A model generated the notes under the pieces. The model made no database searches and was not told the origin of the DNA. It saw only the letters and a program-made list of their open reading frames with translations. Position numbers and translations under genes: made by a program. Below are positions 26,175 to 35,622 of a stretch of DNA of 48,436 nt, one piece after another. Numbering within the stretch: the first letter of the stretch is position 1; each line of letters opens with the position of its first letter. Origin of the DNA: Candidatus Portnoybacteria bacterium RIFCSPLOWO2_01_FULL_43_11 (lineage in GTDB: Bacteria > Patescibacteriota > Minisyncoccia > Portnoybacterales > UBA2143); NCBI GenBank assembly GCA_001819605.1, contig MHNE01000002.1, positions 1 through 48,436 of the forward strand. The letters run 5' to 3'.

Positions 26175-26220
26175 TTATCCACAGCCCTTAAAAGACAATA
26201 CCTCTGATAAATGATATAAT
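26175..26220 (+). promoter_or_regulatory. Promoter of pilin set 1: TTATCCACAG-N30-TATAAT with an extended -10 (TGATATAAT)
   Basis: TTATCCACAG at 26175-26184 and TATAAT at 26215-26220. The architecture and spacing are identical at 31880-31925. Confidence 0.55.
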
Positions 26221-26256
26221 TGATTGAGGTTGACTTTTGTTTAATTTTTTTAGGGA

Positions 26257-26829
26257 ATGTCTATAGCAAAAATTCAAGACGACAGCAAAGGTTTTACCCT
26301 ACTGGAATTAATGGTGGCAGTGGCTGTTTTTGTGTTCGTGGTTTTAATAGGCACCGGCGCCTTTTTAACCGTTTTAAACGCCCAGAGAAAAGCCAGCTCT
26401 TTAAGAGTGGCTCAAGATAATATTAGATTTACAATGGAATATATGACAAAAGAAATTAGAATGGGGACTTTGTATACTTGCGGCGGAACAGAAGGCGTTC
26501 TTGGCCCGCAGGACTGCGATTTCGGTTCCGGTAAAAATTATTTAACTTTCAGAAACGACGACGGCGCCGTAGTTGTTTATAAACTTAGTGGCGGTAGTAG
26601 CGGCAGACTGCAAAAATCCGTTGGGGGTTCCACCTATTATGTTTCTTCGTCTGAATCTGACCTGACTTTTAAAAGTCTCACTTTTTATGTGACCGGAACC
26701 GGTAATGGTGCTGCCGATCAAGAACAGCCAAAAGTGACAATAACAGCTGAGGTGGAGGCAGACGCTGGAAAAACTAAATCAACTTTTAATCTTCAGACAA
26801 CAGTTTCTCAACGCTCTCTTGATTCATAA
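26257..26829 (+). CDS. Type IV pilin-like (pseudopilin) protein, set 1
   Basis: Prepilin leader and class III signal MSIAKIQDDSKG|FTLLELMVAVAVF, with Glu at +5. Confidence 0.85.
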   Translation: MSIAKIQDDSKGFTLLELMVAVAVFVFVVLIGTGAFLTVLNAQRKASSLRVAQDNIRFTMEYMTKEIRMGTLYTCGGTEGVLGPQDCDFGSGKNYLTFRNDDGAVVVYKLSGGSSGRLQKSVGGSTYYVSSSESDLTFKSLTFYVTGTGNGAADQEQPKVTITAEVEADAGKTKSTFNLQTTVSQRSLDS

Positions 26830-26842
26830 TGCCATAATATTC

Positions 26843-27445
26843 ATGGTGGATGAATTTAAAAAATATAATTCCAGTGCCGGGTTCACCCTCTTAGAACTTT
26901 TAGTTGTTATTGTAATTATCATTATTATTACGATCGTAGCTTTGCTTAATTATCGCGGCATTCAAGAGGAATTTACCCTAAGGCGGGAAGCCCAGAATTT
27001 AACCTCTGCTTTAATAGAAACTCAAGTTTTTGCCATGGCCGTCAAAGAATTTCCTTCCGGCTCGGCAAAATTTCCCGCTCATGGGATTAATTTTAATATA
27101 ATAACAAACGATGATAAATATACTTTTTTTGGCGATAAATATACTTCTTTAGCCGATGATGGCGATAAAATCTATACTGATTCGGCCAATGAAAAAATAA
27201 AAGAATATCTTTTTAAAAATTCCATTAAAATTCAGGAGTTGTGCGGAGACGAGATTTCAAATCCGCCCGGTGATTGTTCTATAAGTAGTTTAGACATTGT
27301 TTTTTTAAGACCCGACCCAATAATTTATCTAACGGGCAACTCGCCCCCCAAAGATTTTGATGATATTAGGATAGAATTACAATCTCCCAATAATAAAACA
27401 AAATCTGTTATATTTAAGAAAATCGGGGAAATATATGTTCAGTAA
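26843..27445 (+). CDS. Type IV pilin-like protein, set 1
   Basis: MVDEFKKYNSSAG|FTLLELLVVIVIIII. The ATG at 26843 is preferred over the track's TTG at 26819. Confidence 0.85.
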   Translation: MVDEFKKYNSSAGFTLLELLVVIVIIIIITIVALLNYRGIQEEFTLRREAQNLTSALIETQVFAMAVKEFPSGSAKFPAHGINFNIITNDDKYTFFGDKYTSLADDGDKIYTDSANEKIKEYLFKNSIKIQELCGDEISNPPGDCSISSLDIVFLRPDPIIYLTGNSPPKDFDDIRIELQSPNNKTKSVIFKKIGEIYVQ

Positions 27446-27962
27446 ATTAAAAAATTATCAAAAAGGATTTACTTTAATGGAAGCTTTGATCGCCATTGCT
27501 ATTTTGGTTATCGCCATAACGGGAGCCACAACTTTAGCCAGCCAGAGTTTAAGAACTGCCAGTTATTTTAAACAGCAGACGGTGGCTTTTTATCTGGCCT
27601 CCGAGGCATTGGAATACATAAGAAACAGCCGCGATACGCATTTATTAGCTGGCAATGAATGGGATAATTGGAAAACAAGCGCTATGTCTCTTTGTTATAA
27701 TGGCAATGATTGCGGCGTTGACGCAATTTTTGAATATACAGACGGCAATGCCTTTATTGATGATTGCAGTAATAGCAATCTTTTATATGATTCTAATAAT
27801 CTTTATAATTATCAAAGCGGGAGCGCAACGGCTTTTGAAAGATGCGTTTATATAAGACCCATTGATTCTTATGAAGTAGAAGTAGAGGTAAAGGTTGAAT
27901 GGAGCGGTCTTTTTGGAAATAAAGTTGTCAGAATAAAAGAACATTTTTTTGACTGGCAGTAA
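27435..27962 (+). CDS. Type IV minor pilin-like protein, set 1
   Basis: MFSKLKNYQKG|FTLMEALIAIAILVIAI. Paralogous to 32594..33142. Confidence 0.85.
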   Translation: MFSKLKNYQKGFTLMEALIAIAILVIAITGATTLASQSLRTASYFKQQTVAFYLASEALEYIRNSRDTHLLAGNEWDNWKTSAMSLCYNGNDCGVDAIFEYTDGNAFIDDCSNSNLLYDSNNLYNYQSGSATAFERCVYIRPIDSYEVEVEVKVEWSGLFGNKVVRIKEHFFDWQ

Positions 27963-27971
27963 GATTTTGTC

Positions 27972-28010
27972 GTCATTTTTAAGCCCGTTCGCCGGCGAGC
28001 GAAGAATTCC
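27972..28010. repeat. Degenerate GTCAT...GAAGAATTC hairpin repeat
   Basis: GTCATTTTTAAGCCCGTTCGCCGGCGAGCGAAGAATTCC, related to the 23462 and 35511 units. Lies between pilin genes. Confidence 0.5.
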
Positions 28011-28016
28011 GTAAAA

Positions 28017-28514
28017 ATGTTAAATTCAAAACTACAATTTGGAACAAAACAAAACGGATTTACTTTAGTTCTCGCTCTTTTCATTATGATTATTATATTA
28101 ACCGCCAGCTTTTTTGTTTCAGAGCTTATGTTGGGAGAACTAATAATTTTTAATATCTTACAAGAGTCCCAGCGCGCTTTTTACGCGGTTGACACCGGCG
28201 TTGAATGCGCTTTGTATTGGGATATTCAACAGGAGGTTTTTCCCGCTTCTGACATCGATCCTGACCCGGCAAGCCCGCTCAACTGTAACAGCGTTGATAT
28301 TACTGCGAGCTCGGCCTGGGGTCTTCAAAAGACACCCACTGCGGCCACCACAAGTTTTAGTTTATTATTTTCAGACAATTCCTGCGCTTTTTTAAATGTA
28401 GGCAGGCACGATGGCGAGACTCTTATTACAGCCGTAGGCCGCAACAGGGGAGACGCTTCGTGCAACCCAACCGGCCCGCGCGTGGTGGAGCGCGGCATAA
28501 GAATAGAATATTAA
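28017..28514 (+). CDS. PilX-like pilus assembly/minor pilin protein, set 1
   Basis: Hydrophobic pilin-like N-terminus without Glu+5 (KQNG|FTLVLALFIMIIIL). Paralogous to 34919..35398 (shared FYA.D...EC..Y and C-terminal VER motifs). Confidence 0.7.
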   Translation: MLNSKLQFGTKQNGFTLVLALFIMIIILTASFFVSELMLGELIIFNILQESQRAFYAVDTGVECALYWDIQQEVFPASDIDPDPASPLNCNSVDITASSAWGLQKTPTAATTSFSLLFSDNSCAFLNVGRHDGETLITAVGRNRGDASCNPTGPRVVERGIRIEY

Positions 28515-28539
28515 CCGCTTTAATGTTAAAATAATAAAA

Positions 28540-29016
28540 GTGTTCAAATCAGACGAGAAATTAAATAGATTCAGTGCCGGCTCGGGATTTTTAGAGAATA
28601 AAACTCTTATTATAATCGCTTTGCTTGTTTTATTAATCGTGGCTTTTTCCGCGGCCGTGTATTTTATATACCGGGAGGAACCGATTCCTTTAGACGAACT
28701 CCCCGGCGTCAGCGGAACTATCAAAGAAATTAAAGAAAATGAAATTGTTATTATAGACCAGTATTGGGCTCATGAAGGCGAAAAATATATTGAGATTAAA
28801 GAAGAAAAAATTATTTTAATTGACGATAAAACTGTTATTAAAAAAACATTCAGAGATTACAGCGAAGATTATGATCCGGAAATAGAAGGAGTAAGAATGG
28901 CTTATAAGGATATTCAGTTAACTGATTTAAAAGCCGGAGATTATATTGAGGCGCTTTATAGAAAAAGCAAAAAAGATAAAATTTTTAGAGCGTTTAAAAT
29001 AATTGTTTTTTATTGA
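28540..29016 (+). CDS. Single-pass membrane protein (hypothetical)
   Basis: ORF with one TM helix (LIIIALLVLLIVAFSAAVYFIY), located inside the pilin locus. Confidence 0.55.
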   Translation: MFKSDEKLNRFSAGSGFLENKTLIIIALLVLLIVAFSAAVYFIYREEPIPLDELPGVSGTIKEIKENEIVIIDQYWAHEGEKYIEIKEEKIILIDDKTVIKKTFRDYSEDYDPEIEGVRMAYKDIQLTDLKAGDYIEALYRKSKKDKIFRAFKIIVFY

Positions 29017-29017
29017 T

Positions 29018-31846
29018 ATGAATTTTTATAAATTTAAAAATATTTTTCAGATCACCCTCGTCCTTTTAATCGCGGCCGGCTGGTTTTTCAGCCAGTCTAA
29101 TTTTACTTGGGATAAGCCGTTTTCTTTTTTGCCGATTGAAAAAGCGTCAGCTGACACTACCGGCGGTTTATTGGCTGTTTATCGTCACGCCAGTCATCTT
29201 ACATCTGACCCCAATAATCCGGCACCGAAATGCGGAACGCTCTCTTATGATCCGACACGGTATAAAGAGTGTTATATTGGGCAGGAATTTTTTGATGATT
29301 TTAGAGATAATAGCAATAATCCGGTAAATTATTTTTCTTTTTATGATAATAATGACCTTGTTCATTTTTTTGCGCAACACGGATTGCCCTCTGATAATAT
29401 TAAAATTGAATGGGAAGGTCTTTTAAAGATTGATTATAATGAGGTTTATACTTTTTATTCCGATGGAGCTAATGATAGTTTCTGGCTGCGAATTGATGAA
29501 ATTGAGCTTATAAATGGAGGGGGGAATAAGGAAGGAAAAATATATTTAGAAGCCGGTTGGCATAAATTCGAAGCAGAACTTAGAGAAGGAACCCTTACGG
29601 CAAAAGTCGCACTTTCTTGGAAGGCGTCATCAATTCCTGTTAAAACACCAATTCCTCTTGACCATTTTTTGCCCATTACCTGGAGCAATGACATTACAAA
29701 TATTCCTTCAGGCGCCAAAGATAAAATTAGTTATAAAACAGCGGGTATCGGCATGGCCGAATGGGATAGCGCCAACGAACGTTTTAAAAATAAAAACCTT
29801 TCTACGGGCGCGAGTATTAGTTTAACTGTGCCGTCAGGAGTTTCTGCCAATAATAAAAAAGACATTTGGCTTTATTGGAGCGGTAATGGCGGTTATTGCG
29901 AAACAATTAAGGTAAACGACAATAATTTAACCGGTATTCCTTTGCTTTTGGGCGATTCTTCCGTTACTTCAGTGGCGCCGGCTGACGTTTACAAAGCGGC
30001 TATACCTGAAACTTGGGTTCCGGACGATGGTCAACCTTGGAATTTGAGTATCACTAATATGGATTGCGGTTTAGACAGAGGAACTTTAGGCGCTTCAAGT
30101 ATTTTAACCTCCGCTTTTTTAACTTCGCCTTACGGCGTTTATATTTTAGAAGATAATAACGAAAAAAATTGGTATTTTAGAACCACGCTTGGTCCTTCAA
30201 GTAAAAATTACAGCGGCACGAAAATCTCAGTTCCATATTTTAGCAGCAATATAAAAATCGTTGAAGCTTCTTTTTATAACCCGGAGGCAGGAGAGACAAT
30301 TGATTGTTTAGACGGAAATAATTCACCCGTTGCCGGGGGTGATAACGTTACGGCCTGCGTAGGTGATATAAAAACAATTTTAATTAATAGCATGAGCGTC
30401 AATGGCACTGGCGGAGTTGATGGTATTAACTTCAAAATAGAAAAATCTAACGGAAAAATCAGCAAAGGCTATATAAAATTTGACATTAATTTTTCAGGAA
30501 CTATTTCCACTGATAATATTTTTATCGGTCAAAATAAAATCAATCCTCTTTCAATCCCTTTTAACTTAAACAGCGGAGGGAACAATGGCGCGGCTTTGAT
30601 TCTGCCGTACAAAGACGAATCTTTGCCCGAAGCCCAGTTCCAGATTAAAGGAGCGAGTTATGGCCACAGTAAATTACTCACGCCAAGTATTTTTACTTTT
30701 CCGGCTTTAAGCGCCCAAGACGCCGGAGCTTTTAACCCTCTTTTTATTATGGGGAATGGCGAGACAATCTTTACGGGAAGTCCTCGTCCAAATTATATCT
30801 TTTTTGCTCATGGGAGCGGCGCGCCGCCCAATGAATTTTCTAACTTAAAAGACAATTTTGGAGGACAAATGATTAGTCCGCAGTCCTACCCCTATAGTTC
30901 TGGCGATACCGCTACTTGGTATCCTTCTTTTGGACGCGAAGAACCCCAATTTGATATTTTGTCTCCAGAATATATTGACAACACTAATAATAGTCTTTCC
31001 TCCTGCGATCCGGATTGCGGTAAAATCAATCCAGTTCTTTTAGATGAAGGAGACACTTGGTTCGCTTTCCAGCTCGCTTCTTTGTCATTGCCGGAATTAG
31101 ACCTTGGCGGGCCTTCTGATTATGAAGGCACTGGCGAATCATCTTTGTTTTTAGGCGCCGGCGGGTATATGACCGGTGAACTGCTTGAAGCAACATCTAA
31201 AATAGAGGTTTCTCAAAACGGAACAGATTGGTTTGAAGATTCGGTAACTATTGATTATGGAAGTAATGCTTATATTAGGTGGAGTTCAACTAATGTTGAT
31301 AGTTGTACGGTGACTCCTGATGGTTGGACAGGAACCTCAAATTCAGAATACCCCGGCGGTAGAGATACTGGCGGCCTTAATGCTTCTAAAACATACTATT
31401 TGGATTGCGTTGGAACGCCTCCGCTTCCTTCGCCGCCGCAAGATTCCGTCACTGTAAAAGTGCGCAATTTTTACATAAACGCCACCACTCCGATTTCCGC
31501 TAAGATCACTGGAGAAGGAGTAACAAAATCTTCAGTTTCTACCGTGACCGTAGTGCCTATTGAAGGATTTGCGGAAAGCGTGAATTTATCCGTTGTTTTA
31601 GATCCCGTTTTATCAGCTATAGGAGCTACCTATGAATTTATAGGCGGTTTTCAAACTGTTACTTTAGAACAGGCGAATTATGCTACTGGTTGGGGTTTTG
31701 ATGTATTTTTGCCGGCTGGTACTGAAATAGAAGGAAGTTATACTATTACAGTAAATGGAGATGCTCCAAGCACCATTATTCCTACCCGTACAGAATCTAT
31801 CCAATTAAACATCGACACTAAAAAACCGGTCTGGAGAGAATTTTGA
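29018..31846 (+). CDS. Large secreted protein with an N-terminal PA14-like domain (candidate pilus-associated adhesin)
   Basis: TM/signal segment, then a PA14-like stretch (IKIEWEGLLKIDYNEVYTFYSDGANDSFWLRIDEIELINGGGNKEGKIYLEAGWHKFEAELREG). The ATG at 29018 is preferred over the TTG at 29003. Confidence 0.7.
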   Translation: MNFYKFKNIFQITLVLLIAAGWFFSQSNFTWDKPFSFLPIEKASADTTGGLLAVYRHASHLTSDPNNPAPKCGTLSYDPTRYKECYIGQEFFDDFRDNSNNPVNYFSFYDNNDLVHFFAQHGLPSDNIKIEWEGLLKIDYNEVYTFYSDGANDSFWLRIDEIELINGGGNKEGKIYLEAGWHKFEAELREGTLTAKVALSWKASSIPVKTPIPLDHFLPITWSNDITNIPSGAKDKISYKTAGIGMAEWDSANERFKNKNLSTGASISLTVPSGVSANNKKDIWLYWSGNGGYCETIKVNDNNLTGIPLLLGDSSVTSVAPADVYKAAIPETWVPDDGQPWNLSITNMDCGLDRGTLGASSILTSAFLTSPYGVYILEDNNEKNWYFRTTLGPSSKNYSGTKISVPYFSSNIKIVEASFYNPEAGETIDCLDGNNSPVAGGDNVTACVGDIKTILINSMSVNGTGGVDGINFKIEKSNGKISKGYIKFDINFSGTISTDNIFIGQNKINPLSIPFNLNSGGNNGAALILPYKDESLPEAQFQIKGASYGHSKLLTPSIFTFPALSAQDAGAFNPLFIMGNGETIFTGSPRPNYIFFAHGSGAPPNEFSNLKDNFGGQMISPQSYPYSSGDTATWYPSFGREEPQFDILSPEYIDNTNNSLSSCDPDCGKINPVLLDEGDTWFAFQLASLSLPELDLGGPSDYEGTGESSLFLGAGGYMTGELLEATSKIEVSQNGTDWFEDSVTIDYGSNAYIRWSSTNVDSCTVTPDGWTGTSNSEYPGGRDTGGLNASKTYYLDCVGTPPLPSPPQDSVTVKVRNFYINATTPISAKITGEGVTKSSVSTVTVVPIEGFAESVNLSVVLDPVLSAIGATYEFIGGFQTVTLEQANYATGWGFDVFLPAGTEIEGSYTITVNGDAPSTIIPTRTESIQLNIDTKKPVWREF

Positions 31847-31879
31847 GAGGAGTTTTTAAAAAATTGATTCACCATTCAG

Positions 31880-31925
31880 TTATCCACAGCTATAGATGAA
31901 GTTTTAGTTATGGATGTGATATAAT
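31880..31925 (+). promoter_or_regulatory. Promoter of pilin set 2: TTATCCACAG-N30-TATAAT with an extended -10 (TGATATAAT)
   Basis: TTATCCACAG at 31880-31889 and TATAAT at 31920-31925. Same 30-nt spacing as at 26175-26220. Confidence 0.55.
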
Positions 31926-31943
31926 ACAACAGAAAGATAAAAA

Positions 31944-32597
31944 ATGAATATGCCAGATCAAAAATTTATAGACCATAATAAAGATAACGGCCTTACTTTA
32001 ATAGAATTACTTGTGGTCATTGGTATGATTGTTATTATTTTAGGTATTGTAGTTTTAAACACCGTCGTTTTGGGTAATAAGGTCAGAATAGAGGCAGCCG
32101 CTAATCAGATTCTTGATATTATAAAAGAAACACGGCATAATTCAGTTTCGGCCAAAGAATTTAAAAACAATCTTTTTCCCAGTTATGGCATTTATTTTGA
32201 TAAGGCTTGGCCCGGAAGCATTATTATCTATGCTGACTGCCTGATTGACGATAATAACGATGAGACAATAGATGAAAACGATAATTTTACTTATAATCCT
32301 TCTTCAACAGACTGCAGTGGAGAAAATGGACTAGTAAAAACAATTACTTTGGATTCTCGTGTTCGGATTGATGAAATTCGTTTAATACCTTCTATTGGTC
32401 TTGGTGGGGGGTCTATAAATAAGGTTTATTTACAATATATTCGGCCTGAACCAACCTTGTGGATTACTGATGATAGGGGTGATTTATTGTCAGCCGGTAA
32501 ATTAGAAATAGACCTAATTGATAGGAGCGGCAAGTTTAAGAAGACAATTATTTTTTGGAGCACTGGTCAGTCTGCCATAAAAAAAATAATTTTATGA
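31944..32597 (+). CDS. Type IV pilin-like protein, set 2
   Basis: Leader ...HNKDNG|LTLIELLVVIGMIVIIL. Paralogous to 26843..27445. Confidence 0.85.
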   Translation: MNMPDQKFIDHNKDNGLTLIELLVVIGMIVIILGIVVLNTVVLGNKVRIEAAANQILDIIKETRHNSVSAKEFKNNLFPSYGIYFDKAWPGSIIIYADCLIDDNNDETIDENDNFTYNPSSTDCSGENGLVKTITLDSRVRIDEIRLIPSIGLGGGSINKVYLQYIRPEPTLWITDDRGDLLSAGKLEIDLIDRSGKFKKTIIFWSTGQSAIKKIIL

Positions 32598-33142
32598 AAC
32601 CCAAGAGACAAAAAAATAAAAATAATTCAGGGTTTACTCTGTTAGAAACTTTGGTGGCTATTTCGGTTCTTGTTATAGTCTTTGGCGCTCTTGTTAGTCT
32701 GATGGTAGCTAGCTTGCGTTCTTTTGAAATGGCTAAGCAAAGGTATACGGCGGCTAAAATTGCTCAAGAGGGCATGGAATTATTAATAAACAAAAAAGAA
32801 AACAATATACTTTGTATTGAAAGCGGTTCTTGTTCTATTCCTAATTGGCGAAATAGACTTATAGGAAGTTGGGAAGTAGACGCAACCAAGCCAGATGAGC
32901 TTTTACCGCTAAGAAGGTTTAATAATTATAATTCTAGGCGTTATCTCTGTCTTACGGGCACAGAGAGCAGATTTGAATATTGCGGCGATCCTGATGAGTA
33001 TATTAATGGTAATTTTCGTCGTGAGGTAAAAGTAATCTCCCGAGGTAGTGAAAAAATCTTAGTTGAAAGCGTTGTTAGATGGCAGAGTAGAGGAGGAGTT
33101 AATAAAGACTTAACATTAACAACGGTGCTTTTCGGCAATTAA
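32594..33142 (+). CDS. Type IV minor pilin-like protein, set 2
   Basis: MKPKRQKNKNNSG|FTLLETLVAISVL from the ATG at 32594, which overlaps the upstream stop (ATGA). Confidence 0.85.
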   Translation: MKPKRQKNKNNSGFTLLETLVAISVLVIVFGALVSLMVASLRSFEMAKQRYTAAKIAQEGMELLINKKENNILCIESGSCSIPNWRNRLIGSWEVDATKPDELLPLRRFNNYNSRRYLCLTGTESRFEYCGDPDEYINGNFRREVKVISRGSEKILVESVVRWQSRGGVNKDLTLTTVLFGN

Positions 33143-33184
33143 AAATTAAATAATTTTATAAAGACCTAAAATAAAATATGAAAC

Positions 33185-34870
33185 ATGAAACTCAAAAGAC
33201 AAAGAAATAAAAATAATTTATATAGCGGGTTTACCATAGTTGAAGTTCTTGTGGCTTTGGGAGTTTTTGCTTTTGCTATTGTTTTAATTATTGGTTCTTT
33301 TTTAGCTTTTAACTTAGCTCAAAAAAGCGTTCAAAGCGCGCAAGAAGTATTAAACGAGCTTCGTTTTTCTATTGACGCGATGGCAAAAGAAATCACTTTT
33401 GGCGGGAATTTTCCAAATGGATGCGAGAATGGATGTGTTCCTGATGTGTCAAATAAGTTTGTATTTTCCTCAAAAGCGAGGTCAGATTTTGATTTGCGCG
33501 TGATAAGTTATCACCTTAATTCCGGAGTACTTATAAAAGGAGAGCAAAAGACATATGGGCCTTGCGAAATTTTGTCAGGAGGAGAGTTGCTTCCGGGCTG
33601 TTACCAGCCATTTACTTCAGATAAAGTAAGAGTGGATTTACTAAAATTTTTTGTTAATAACAAGGATGTAAATTTAAAACCCATTATCAATGTGGCTATC
33701 CAAGGCACAATTCTTCCAGGAAAAAGAGAGGAAAAATCTTTTAAAATGTCTTCTTCTTTTTCTCCTCGGGTTATTACGGATCCTTTTGCTCCGCCGCCCC
33801 TTGAGAATGTGCCGCCGGAAATATATATTACTGACCCAGTTCAGGGAGATAAGACTATTCCAGGTAATAGATATCAAACTTCCGCTTCTTTTGTTGTTTT
33901 AGGAGGAACTGCTTCAGATAATGTGGGCGTGACGAAAGTAACATGGTGGAATGAAACAACAGGCAAAGAAGGAACGGCAGTTTCATTATCCGGCGATTTT
34001 GATACTTGGAGAACTCCAGCCATAGATTTAATTCCGGCTGTCATTAATGTAATTAGAGTTCAAGTTCATGACGCTGAAGGCAATATGAGCTTTAGAGATA
34101 GCGTTGATAAACTGACAGTGCAGTCTATTGCCCCTCCTGAAGCGCCGGAGAATATAACAGCATATAGTTGCGCTATTCCGGTGGGGCAGCCAATAATAGG
34201 TTTGGGTTGGGATTATGCCCGCGGCGCTGATGATTATCATGTTTACAGATGCGAAGGGTCGTCTTGCGATCCCAGGACAGAGATTGGAGCGCCGCGCCGG
34301 GCCGATGAATGTCAACTTCCTCGTCCATGTGGTTTAGGATCGCGATATTGGTGGAGAGATTCAGGTTTTGGGCTAGGTGATGTAGGTGATTCTTACACAT
34401 ATAATCTTAGATCCCATAATCACACTACTGGCCTTTATAGCGATTATTCAGATAAAATAACCCGGGTAGTTAAGTCTAATCCTTGTGGTCCCGGAGGGCC
34501 GCCTCCTCCACCTGGCGAATCATTCTCATTAGATCCTACAAATACAATGATAAAGGTTGATGTGGATGGCAGTGCAGGTTCGAAAAAAAGAACAAGTTCA
34601 ATTCAAATAAGAGTTGATGATGAAGGAGGATTTGATGACCCGGTAACATTTAATGTTTCAGGATTGCCCGCTGATAGTAGATATTTTTTTGTGCCAAATC
34701 CATTAACCAGCGCGCGTTTTAATCTGGGTTCCGTATTTTACGCTATAGTCAAAACTAACACGCAGATCGGTATTTACAATCTCACTATTACAGGCACTGG
34801 AGGAGGTAAATCAGATATAATATATATAACATTAAGAGTTAAGCAAGAAGAAAGCGGTGAAGGAGATTGA
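33185..34870 (+). CDS. Large type IV pilin-like protein with Ig/FN3-like extensions, set 2
   Basis: MKLKRQRNKNNLYSG|FTIVEVLVALGVF. The N-terminal part is paralogous to 26257..26829. Has a long C-terminal extension with a Pro-rich linker (GPGGPPPPPG). Confidence 0.8.
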   Translation: MKLKRQRNKNNLYSGFTIVEVLVALGVFAFAIVLIIGSFLAFNLAQKSVQSAQEVLNELRFSIDAMAKEITFGGNFPNGCENGCVPDVSNKFVFSSKARSDFDLRVISYHLNSGVLIKGEQKTYGPCEILSGGELLPGCYQPFTSDKVRVDLLKFFVNNKDVNLKPIINVAIQGTILPGKREEKSFKMSSSFSPRVITDPFAPPPLENVPPEIYITDPVQGDKTIPGNRYQTSASFVVLGGTASDNVGVTKVTWWNETTGKEGTAVSLSGDFDTWRTPAIDLIPAVINVIRVQVHDAEGNMSFRDSVDKLTVQSIAPPEAPENITAYSCAIPVGQPIIGLGWDYARGADDYHVYRCEGSSCDPRTEIGAPRRADECQLPRPCGLGSRYWWRDSGFGLGDVGDSYTYNLRSHNHTTGLYSDYSDKITRVVKSNPCGPGGPPPPPGESFSLDPTNTMIKVDVDGSAGSKKRTSSIQIRVDDEGGFDDPVTFNVSGLPADSRYFFVPNPLTSARFNLGSVFYAIVKTNTQIGIYNLTITGTGGGKSDIIYITLRVKQEESGEGD

Positions 34871-34918
34871 AAATTATTTTGATTATTATAAGAGATAATC
34901 TTAACGCATTATAAAATT

Positions 34919-35398
34919 ATGAAAAACAAAGGATTTATATTAATCTATGCTATAATTATTACCGGAATTTTAGCTATTATTGTGGGCATTGCGGTTAACT
35001 CAATTTTAAGCGAGCTTAAAATTTCTAGAGACGAAAGCGAATCTCTTAAAGCTTTTTACGCGGCTGATGCCGCTATAGAATGCGTAGAATATTATCAAAA
35101 TAATAATAGCGCTTTTGATACAATGTCTCCTAATAGAAATTATGACTGCGGGGTAGGCAATTTTAGGGCTGGTCTTGGCCGGGCAGGAGATTGCATAAAT
35201 CATACCTATAATTTTACCCTTAATGGATTTTCTAATGGTTCTTGCGTGAATGTTGAGGTAATTGTTGTGCCTAAAGAAATATTTATAGGAGGAAACCCTG
35301 TTTTTGTCTGCGACTTTGAAGTTATATCTATGGGTAGGAATTCTTGCTCTGCCTTAGGAGCAAGTTTAGTAGAAAGAGTTCGCTGGGAAGATATGTGA
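34919..35398 (+). CDS. PilX-like protein, set 2
   Basis: MKNKGFILIYAIIITGILAIIVGIAV. Paralogous to 28017..28514. Confidence 0.7.
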   Translation: MKNKGFILIYAIIITGILAIIVGIAVNSILSELKISRDESESLKAFYAADAAIECVEYYQNNNSAFDTMSPNRNYDCGVGNFRAGLGRAGDCINHTYNFTLNGFSNGSCVNVEVIVVPKEIFIGGNPVFVCDFEVISMGRNSCSALGASLVERVRWEDM

Positions 35399-35417
35399 TT
35401 CCTGCTTTAAATTTTTT

Positions 35418-35443
35418 AAAAACTAAGCCGCGGCTTAGTTTTT
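35418..35443 (+). terminator. Rho-independent terminator after the pilin locus
   Basis: Perfect palindrome AAAACTAAGCCG/CGGCTTAGTTTT followed by a T-rich tract. Confidence 0.75.
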
Positions 35444-35489
35444 CATTTGCCAAAAATATTTTTATTTGCTACTATTATTTTGTAACCTT

Positions 35490-35620
35490 AAACATGAAAC
35501 TTGAAACAATGTCATCCTGAACGAAGTGAAGGATCCCGTAGGTTTTATAATTTTACCGCGAGATTCTTCGCTATCGCTTAGAATGACGAGAATTATGTTT
35601 TAAGTTTCAGATTTCATGAA
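35490..35620. repeat. Composite palindrome of about 130 bp built from two GTCATYC hairpin units
   Basis: Units GTCATCCTGAACGAAGTGAAGGATC (35511-35535) and the reverse complement of GATTCTTCGCTATCGCTTAGAATGAC (35562-35587). Outer arms CATGAAACTTGAAAC / GTTTTAAGTTTCAGATTTCATG. Ends just before the rpmF start. Confidence 0.7.
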
Positions 35621-35622
35621 TT

